This document shows, one piece after another, positions 55,150 through 64,000 of a stretch of 64,000 nt of DNA. The stretch's first letter is position 1, and the number at the start of each line of letters is the position of its first letter. The notes below the pieces were generated by a model. The model did no database searches. It saw only the letters and a program-made list of their open reading frames with translations, and was not told the DNA's origin. A program made the translations under genes and the position numbers. Source of the stretch: the human T2T-CHM13v2.0 reference genome, Homo sapiens; assembly GCF_009914755.1 (NCBI RefSeq), contig NC_060928.1. One strand, given 5' to 3'.

Positions 55150-55295
55150 TGGTTGTCTACCCTGGTTGCTCTGTAAAACCACCTAGGAACTCATCAACAA
55201 TACCAATGCCTGGGCTACACTCATCAATTTAATTGGATTGTTTAGAGGTGGAGTGTTTTCTAAGGATCCCCAGCCAATTTTAAAGCAGAGCTACC
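55150..55295. mobile_element. MER5-like DNA transposon fragment
   Basis: gtggttgtctaccctggttgc..aaccacctagga..ataccaatgcctgggc. Confidence 0.5.
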
Positions 55296-56944
55296 ATCTC
55301 AGTGCATTGCAGAAGACACCTCATAAAACTGTTCTCACCAACCTTTCAAGCCTCAGCTGCAAGGCTGCCCTCTGGACCCCAGGGAGTCCTGACTTAAAGC
55401 GACAGTCAAAAGTAACTGCCCTTTCCTTGTATCCCTCCAGCATTCACAGGTCCCTTTATCTGGTGCTTATCTCTCCTGCTACATGATGCAGGGCTTATGC
55501 CTTACTCACTGTTGTATCCAAGTGTGGAATAAATATTTACAGTATGCCCTTTGCTCAGATGGCTCTTCTTTTCCAAGCCATTCAGGCTTTTCAACTTTCC
55601 TGTGATTTAGCTATAACTCCTAAAGAGGGTGATTCAATTCTCCCTATTGAAGTACTACCTCAGGTAGCTTTTTTTTTTTTAAATTCTCCCCAGGATCAGT
55701 TCCACAGAGGACAAAAGGAACTCTCATTTCACAGTTGCAAAATCTTGACCAGTGAGGACCAGTCACTGAAGGCAGTGAGGCTACAGTGTCCCTTCCCACA
55801 TGGCTGGGCTTTCTCTCCCAGTCTCTCCCCTCCAGTCGTCTCCCCTAGGTTTTCAAATCCTCCAGGGTTTCTGACAAGGCAGTGTTCTCCGGGGTGCAGC
55901 GCCCTGGACAGGAAGTAAGGAAGAAGGACTCCCTGTCCAGTTCGTGACCATCAGTGTGTCACACCTTGAGGCCTCACTTTTCCGTTTTGTTAGCTGGGAA
56001 CGAAAACATTCCTAACTCAATTGTCACCCTCCGCTCCTTTCCCCCTCGGGGATTATATAAGAACCCTTATACATGAAAACAAGCTTTGTTCAGGTCCTTG
56101 AGCTTTTCTGAGGACAGCTTTGTGTAAATATAAGATACCTTTTGTTATTGTGTGTGGCCCAAGGGATTTCCAAAAAGAAGCTGGGAGCCAGCAATGCTCA
56201 TTTTTATAGGCAGAAAATAGCTGTTGGGAAAACAACCTGATGTGTGGAGCACAATGTTCTTATCGAGTAGACAGAATTATCTTTCCCAGGCAGCCATGAA
56301 GATGAAACACCTGGTGCACACGTTTCCTGCCCCTTCACATATTTTGAAAGAAAGAGACCTTTACCCTGACCTGTCAAGCAATGATCTTCATGAACTTCTG
56401 TCCACAGACTCTGACTGTTATCTTGGCTTGCTTCTGTGGATTTAAATGGTAAACATAGCTGATCCTCACTCATAGGGCATCTTCTTCTCCAGATATCACG
56501 CAGACCTTATCTGATCCACACATGCATTTCTTCTTCCTTAAAATGCAGTCACTGGACAGGGCTCACCTCACTGATGTCAGGGGCTAAGGGCCAGGGGTTT
56601 CCTGCTTTCAGCCCAACACAGTGTTGGGTGCTGGTGAGGAGATCAGGACCTTGAAGCCTTGACCCTGACCCGGCAATGACTGAAAAATCTTTTGGGAAAG
56701 AAAACAAAATAAAGCCACTGAAAACATTTAGAGAACTAAACAAACCTGTAATAAAATTTACTGTCTACCTTGAAGGCTTGAAAGTGTTTAAAGAAGGTAG
56801 AAATCAGTGTAGGAAAGTTCCATACAAAAGCACCAATACATGTAGAAGGTTCTCAATAATATTAGTTAAGTCAATGAAGGAAACCTGAAGTGAATGAAAA
56901 GCATTTGAAATGGTGGAGGAAGGAGCCAACAGCTGCAGAAGCCA

Positions 56945-57200
56945 TGGAGCACAGTAGTTTAAGTGTTGATTGTGAAACAAGACAGATTGGCCTGAGTGTG
57001 CCACTCACCAACTGTGTGATTCTGAGCAAGCTGTGTCACCTCTCCAAGCTTAACTTTCCTCTTTCATAATAAATAACTAACAACAATAACTCTATCATAG
57101 GCTCAGGGGAAGAATTGTGTGACATAAATACAGGCAAAGCTCTTAGCACAATGCCAAGCATGGAGTAACTGTTCAAACAATGTTGAATATTGTTGTTGTT
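56945..57200 (+). mobile_element. MIR
   Basis: gcacagtagtttaag..gccactcaccaactgtgtgattctgagcaag..aaagctcttagcacaatgcc. Confidence 0.85.
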
Positions 57201-58059
57201 TATATTATTATTAGGGAAAACATGAACAAAGGCAGGAATTACTTAGTCTGTGCATGGGAAAATCTATTTTCCCTACAATAATAAAATAATCAAAATACTT
57301 GGTACTATTATTTAAAATCCCATCTCCCAGGCTAGATGAGATGCTATAAGCCATGATGGCATGGGTCATTAGGGCTCTTAGGAACTGTTGCATGGTACAT
57401 AACATGGAATTTGAGCAGAAAGAGCCTGCCCACTGCAATATTGTGAAGGAAAGAAGATGTATATTAATGACCTCCTTCCAGCTCTGATTTCTCGCCTCTT
57501 GCCTTCTTTCCACACTCTTCCCCATTCCCACTACTTCCGTTTCCCCATCGTGCCTCAGTGACCTCACATTGTCTCTTCTCAACCCTCCCCTCCCCACTCC
57601 CTTCTCACCCTTCCACCCAAATTTAAAATCTCATCTCCCAGGCTGGATTGAAAGCCTGGTGAGTCAGGGGAAATGGGACTGACATGGTGGCCTCTCAGGC
57701 AATGTTGATAGCATATGGGGTCAGGGGCAGAGATTACCTTGGTTGTGTCTTGATCTATCAAGTCATATATGGGTAGCTGCTCACCTCTTACACATGGAGC
57801 ACTCAGCAGGAAAACTTCCAGTTCCCTTACAAATCAAATTTTCAAGTGAGAACTTAAGGAATTCTTCATTTTCCTAATAAAAGAAACACAAATGCCATAA
57901 GTAAGCCATGATATCACAGGTCATTAGGGCTGTTACATACTGTTGCACAGTTGGTGCACTGCACATAAAGGCCTGATGTAGGCATCTGCTTGTCAAGCTG
58001 TGCACTGATGGGGCTATGGGCATCCACCCTGCTTCCTTCCCAATTTGTCCTATGGATGA

Positions 58060-58655
58060 CAGTCATGATCCTACTGAAATGGTCTTGACCACATTTTTAG
58101 TTTCATAAGGCTATCTTGGCTCCAAGTTACCTACAGGATAAAACCCCAATTTTCTAGCCTGGCAGAGAAAGCTTTTCACATCCATCCCTGCCTTCCTCTC
58201 CTCATCTCCTGCAGTGATAAACTCCTCCTCAGTTCCAGTCCCCCCGCCGAACACTGTATCTTTTCAAAACATTGTCCTTCAATCTGAACACTATCTCTAA
58301 TATTCTTCACCTGATAAACTCCTCCTGCTCTACTAGAACCTCCTCCAGTATCATTTCCAAAGTAAAAGTTTTCATATCTTTTCCAGCCTTTGGATTCTGC
58401 AGTTTATACCTCAAATGTTTAGCACATAGTGGATGCTTAGAGATACTTCTTAAATGAATAAGTTCTAACTTCAATAATATCATTTATCAAGAGGTATGGG
58501 AATTGTCCTATTTCTTGTTGGTTTTCTCATCAGACTGTGAGGCTCTCAAAAGGGTGAAGGGAGGGGAGATTGTGTCTGTTATTTTTGTATCCTCAGAACC
58601 TAGTACAGTGACTCATATAATAGGCTTTAAATCAAAATTTGACAAATGAATGAAA
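58060..58655 (+). mobile_element. LINE-2 3' fragments
   Basis: cctacaggataaaacccca..; agactgtgaggctctc..tttgtatcctcagaacctagtacagtg..aaatgaatgaa. Confidence 0.7.
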
Positions 58656-58834
58656 TTTTAAGATATCTTTTGCAAAATGATTTTTTTCTCATTCTACATT
58701 CTTTCACGACTAGGCTTCTCTTCTCTCTTAATGCTGAGTTGGAGGAGAGGGAGGAGTATAGGGAATTTTTGTTATCTTACCTCTCCAGAATATAGGTGAA
58801 AATATAAAACATAGGGCCCGGGCAGGAAGTCTCC

Positions 58835-59276
58835 TGTCTTAGGTTAAGATCCCTAACATCAGAGGTTGCAATGGCAGAGTCAGGAGTCTTCTGCAAGCAC
58901 ATGCAAGTGAAACCTTGTAAGGCAGTGAGGGAAGCAAGACAGGGCTGGGAAGAAGCAAAGTGAGGATATGCGGTCAGCTGCAGTTCAGTCTCTGTCCGGT
59001 CCCACAGATAGCACTGGAACAAGGATGGCCTTACAGAATTGTCCCAACTTGAAGCAAGGGGGCTGGGCTTTTATACCCCTGTATTAGTGGTTGGCTGCAA
59101 GCCACACCCAGAGGTTAGGGAAAAACCTCTCAGGTATTTCTGGGCGGATCAGCTCCTGTAGGCTAAGGGCAAGGCTTCAGTGAAAGGTGCAGCTGCAAGC
59201 CATTGATCACCAACACCTACAGAGCTGAGTGACAAGAGAGCTCATCTGGTAAACAGATATGAGCAGCACTGCAACA
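58835..59276 (-). mobile_element. ERVL LTR (LTR16A/B-like)
   Basis: tgtcttaggtt..gtaaggcagtgagggaagcaagacagggc..gggctgggcttttatacccctg. Confidence 0.8.
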
Positions 59277-59715
59277 GCCCCTATCAACCCCTAAAACTAA
59301 GGAAGGTGATAGAAAGTGTTTACTCCAGAAGGGTCATCCAGCCTTTATTTAAAACCTATCTGCTCCTGCTTGATCAACAAGTCTATCAAACTGGGTTATC
59401 TGAGCTGGTTCCTCACTTTTTAACAGATTCAAACCAACAAGGTAGAAGAGGGAGCAGAAATCCTTAAAGGTAAGTGCACCAATAGAAGCAGATAAGAAAC
59501 AGGAACTCCAAAAAGCACAGCAGACTGGAACCTTGTAGTGTAGAGCCCGAGAGGGTTGTGAATTAAAGAAAAGACTAAAACAAATTGAGATTTACAATGA
59601 TGCACTAAGTCAAGAAGAAAATGTTAAATAAGCTGTATTTGGCATTCTATGCTTAAGAATACAAGGTGATGTGCAACACAATTTTAAATGATGTCCTTTA
59701 AAAGTCGGAAGCTTT

Positions 59716-59858
59716 GGCCAGGCTGGGTGGTTCATGCTTGTAACTTCAGCACTGTGGGAGGCCAAGGCTGGAGGTTTGCTTGAGGACAGGAGTTCAAGAC
59801 CAGCTTGAACAACCTAATGAGACTCTGTCTCCACAAGAAATAAAAAAAATAAATAAAA
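59716..59858 (+). mobile_element. Monomeric Alu (FLAM/AluJ left arm)
   Basis: ggccaggctgggtggttcatgcttgtaac..ggagttcaagaccagc + A tail; degenerate TSD ggaag(c/t)ttt. Confidence 0.88.
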
Positions 59859-60259
59859 ACTTTGGAAGTTTTAGGTATGCAAACAATCACATAGACATTT
59901 TATTGTTGCCGTATATCTCCTTCTCTGCCAGCCTGGATAAGTGAGGCATTACTGATCTATATCTTTGAGAACCTCTGACACCCAGGATCCCACTGAAGCT
60001 TCTTAAGAGTAGCATAATTTCCACCTTGTTTAAAAGTTCTGGTAGTTTGTAATCCACCTAGTGTGATTAAATAATCAGGGCTGATAGAAACCGTCTTGAA
60101 TCATCACATACACCCACACATGCATCAGTCTGATATGGAAAGAGCTTTAGACTAGAATCAGACAGACTTCAAGTTCCTCCCCTGTCATTAACATCTGTGT
60201 GACCCTAACCAAATCATTTATTTTCCCTGAGTCTCAGTGTCTTCACCTATAGACAGAAA

Positions 60260-60515
60260 ATAAATATTCATATTTATTATATTCTTAACATTTATTGTGT
60301 TCTTATATATACAATATATTACATATATTTACATACATGTGGTCACATATATAATCACATACTAATATATAATATATTATTTTATATAATATATTAAATA
60401 TTTATTATATTATAATTATATATCAACATATAATTACATATATTGTATAATTATATAATATAATACACAATAATCATATGTTACATTATTATATTTATTA
60501 TATTCACAATATTAG
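60260..60515. repeat. AT-rich low-complexity (TA-type) tract inside a MIR (60135-60610)
   Basis: Degenerate tatataat repeats flanked by the two MIR halves. Confidence 0.85.
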
Positions 60516-61199
60516 TATGTCTCATCAGTCTCTTGTGACGAGCAAATGATACAATGTTTATGAAGTTACTTTGTAAGGGGCAAAATATAATCTAAATGAA
60601 AGTGAAGTATTTTGTCCCTTTCTTCCTTCCAATGAACTCTTTGACAGTTTTTCTACATCCATAAAACTGGTGAGACACACATGGATGCCATTTCCTATAG
60701 ATTCAGTATGTCCCAGTCCACTACCACCTGACCTCTTATTCTGCCATCCCAGGGGGTGGCCTGGACCCCCATTTCTAGCTCTTGTTTCAGAATGACTGCC
60801 TTTGGAGAATGGAGTTTCTCAGGAAGGACATTGCACAATCAGAAAACGCTGATCTGCCAAGTCTGTAACATTTTTTTCCTGGAGCACTTTCAGGAATGTG
60901 TCACAGGAGGTGGGGGAGATGGGCAATGGAACAGAGAGTACTAGGCACCAGCAACCAGGTAATAAAATGTTCAAGCATTCCTTTTCAAAATCTAATGAAG
61001 ACATCAACCTTCATTAAGTCAAAGGGTCTGGGGTCCACAGTCGTGAGATTTACTGAGCCGCTTCAAAAAGCTGGAGAAACAATGACCAAAAGGCAGGCAA
61101 TAGAGCAACAGGCATTTGATTCTAGAACTCAATGATGTCTATTTTCAACAAGTGTTGAATTTGCCAATAGCTATTAGCCCTAAACACAATCCTGCAGCT

Positions 61200-61382
61200 C
61201 AGTGTGTGCTGGAGCCAGCTTGCACTGGCTCAAGAGAGCTGATTCTTCATGGCTCTTTCCAGCCATGCTCAGCAATGTCATGGTGGAGCTTGTAATTGGC
61301 CATGGTGGCACTATTTGCATCATGAAAGTCAGCAGGTGCCACAAATTTTCCCCTAAAGGACCCTCTTACCATCACACTACTG
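61200..61382 (+). mobile_element. MER63-like hAT-Blackjack element
   Basis: cagtgtgtgctggagccagcttgcactggctcaagagagctgatt..accatcacactactg. Confidence 0.75.
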
Positions 61383-62135
61383 CTTAACTGTATATCCAAA
61401 TGCCAATAAGATGCATGGAATCCTGAAATCGCTTTCAGAAGAACAATGTTGTTCTCGAATTTTCATGTGAACCACTGAAAAAAAATGTCTTATGTATATA
61501 TATAACTTCTTTGCTTTTATATTTCAAATTCACCTTCCTCATATAGCCTCTCTTTTAGGCTGAATGTGGAAAGTGGCTGCTACTGACCTGAGAAAACGTC
61601 TGAGGCATTGTTATGTCCTTGACATTGTCAACTTCTTTGCTTTTTCCATGTTTCCCAGGCTGTACCCTCCATCAGCATAGAGGACACCTCCAGAAAGCAA
61701 TTTTCTTTCACAAGGAGTATACCTTGAGGTGTCCTATAGGTAAGTGTGAGCAAGATGTTGTTCTTGCTTGGAAGAATTTTGCAAAGCAGATTGGATCCAG
61801 CTGAAAGAAACCAACCTTACTACAATATAGTTTTCTTCTTTCTTTTAATAACGAATTTGTAACATACATGTAATTACAGTCCTAGAGGGGAAAGAGAGAG
61901 AGAGAATCAGGCAAAAAAAAAAAAATGCTTGAAGAAATAATGACTGGAACTTTACAAATTGGATGGAAACATGAACACATGGATCTAAGAAGTTCAACAA
62001 GTCTCATGCAAGATAAATACAGAGAAAGCCACTCCTAGACAAATGACAGTCAAATTGATTAAACATAAACAGAAAGAGAACATCTTAAAAGCAGCCAAAA
62101 AAATAAAAACATATATACCAGGAACAATGATATGA

Positions 62136-62490
<355 letters not shown>

Positions 62491-62498
62491 CCGGCCTC

Positions 62499-62778
62499 TT
62501 TTTTTTTTTTTTTTTTTTTTTGAGATGGAGTCCCACTCTGTCACCCAGGCTGGAGTGCAATGGCGCAATCGCTGGTTCAAGCGATTCTCTTGCTAAGCCT
62601 CCTGAGTAGCTGAGATTACAGTCCTGCACCACCACACACCGTTAATTTTTTGTATTTTTAGTAGAGATGGGGTTTCACCATGTTGGTCAGGCTGTCTGGA
62701 GCTGCTGACTTCAAATGACTGACCCGCCTCGGCTTCCCAAAGTGCTGAGATTATAGGCGTGAGCCACCATGCCCGGCC
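62499..62778 (-). mobile_element. AluS with internal deletion
   Basis: Right arm lacks ~25-30 nt (gcgcaatcgct|ggttcaagcg); TSD gaatgatggctaatttctt flanks the Alu pair. Confidence 0.94.
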
Positions 62779-63071
62779 GAATGATGGCTAATTTCTTATT
62801 AGAATCTATGCAAGACAGAAAACATATCAGAAGACAATGGAATAGTATTTAAAGGAAATAAAACTGTTGCCATAAAATTCTATATCCACCTAAGAAAAAT
62901 TCTTCAAAAATTGAGGTAAAATAAAAACATTTTCAAATGAAAGGCTGAGAGAATTTACCACCAACAGACCTACACTGCAACAAATGTTAAGAAAAATGTT
63001 TAAAGATAAATAATACCAGATAGAAACTTGGACATGCAGAAAGGAAAAAAAAAAAGAGAAAAATGATTAAT

Positions 63072-63680
63072 GAACTTCCAGTTTCCTGTCAATTATGTGA
63101 AGAACTTAGAAGTCACCATTCCGTCCTAACAGGTAAAAAGTTGGACAAACTGATAATTAAGCAACCTTTCTTAGATTCATCAGAGAAATGAGGTCACAAG
63201 GCAAACCAATGCCCTCAAAATTGAAGAGACAGGCAAATACAGAGAACCACAGCTTACTAAAGCAAAAACTCACGAGCAGAAACCACCTTGGGAACAAGTA
63301 CTGAAGTAGAAAAACCTAAACTGTAATTGATTAATTGCTGGAAACTCACTGCAAAAAAACTCTGAGAGTTAAAAATTCTGGGGGAACCCAGTCACAGGAA
63401 GGCTCCCACACTTTTATGAGTTTGACCTCCAGGAGATCTACCTGAGTAGGGAGGGGATCTACTCCTCCTGAGTAGATCTCCTGGAGGTCAAACTCATACA
63501 AGTGAATATTGAATATTTGGGAAAAATAATGAATATTGGGAGAAAAAATCCCCCATGCTCTGGCAGCAGGAAGGGGAAAAGGAATTATTTTGTAATATGT
63601 CAGAACATTCTATTTTTCATAACAAGTCTTGCCCTCAGGAGAAATTATTTTACCAGATACTAACTTGCTGGGGTTTATCA
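63072..63680 (+). mobile_element. Old L1 5'UTR (L1MC/L1MD-type)
   Basis: acttccagtttc..gagaaatgaggtcacaaggcaaacc..aaaatccccc..gccctcaggagaaa motifs of L1M4-group 5' ends. Confidence 0.65.
63409..63504. repeat. Inverted repeat, 33-bp arms (1 mismatch), 30-nt spacer
   Basis: tatgagtttgacctccaggagatctac (63415-63441) is the exact reverse complement of 63472-63498; pairing extends 5 bp past one mismatch. Confidence 0.97.
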
Positions 63681-63684
63681 CTAC

Positions 63685-63815
63685 CGTAAGACCAAAACCA
63701 GACAAAGACATTACAAGAAAAGAAAACCCTGCAGACCAATATTGCTCATGAACATAAATGCAAAAATCCTCAACAAAATATTAGCCAGTCAAATCCAATC
63801 ACGTATAAAAAGAAG
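63685..63815 (+). mobile_element. L1 ORF2 fragment
   Basis: accaaaaccagacaaagacattacaagaaaagaaaa..catgaacataaatgcaaaaatcctcaacaaaata. Confidence 0.9.
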
Positions 63816-63817
63816 TA

Positions 63818-64000
63818 GAGCCAAGACGACCAAATAGGAACAGCTCCAGTCTACAGCTCCCAGCGTGAGTGACGCAGAAGACAGGTGATTTCTGCATTTC
63901 CAACTAAGGTACCAGGTTCAGCTCACTGGGGAGTGTCTGACAGTGGGTGCAGTGCACTGAGCGTGAGCCAAAGCGGGGCGAGGCATCACCTCACCCGGGA
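63818..64000 (+). mobile_element. 5' end of a primate L1PA (about PA3-PA6) continuing beyond the window
   Basis: gagccaagacgaccaaataggaacagctccagtctacagctcccagcgtgagtgacgcagaagac.. matches the L1PA 5'UTR start. Confidence 0.95.

Overview
Primate, almost certainly human, non-coding DNA: AT-rich, CpG-depleted and dominated by transposable elements. I can support no protein-coding exon, tRNA/rRNA gene or CRISPR array, and the ORF track is explained by L1, L2, Alu and LTR remnants or by chance. 1-17.9 kb is a nested L1 cluster: two near-full-length old L1s (+) and a solo LTR12C, with an older antisense L1 as host. 18-43 kb is ancient L2/MIR/MaLR/DNA-transposon terrain with unique stretches holding a strong CTCF motif and candidate enhancer motifs. 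43.7-52.4 kb is a second L1/Alu cluster with a very young AluYa-lineage insertion and an LTR10-like solo LTR with phased p53 half-sites. Further on lie an ancient U6/3'-L1 chimeric retrocopy (54.4 kb), a split local duplication (57.3-57.9 kb), candidate + strand non-coding exons, a 33-bp-arm inverted duplication inside an old L1 5'UTR (63.4 kb) and the 5' end of an L1PA running off the window. Subfamily names come from recalled consensus features, not from a RepeatMasker run; boundaries of old elements are approximate.
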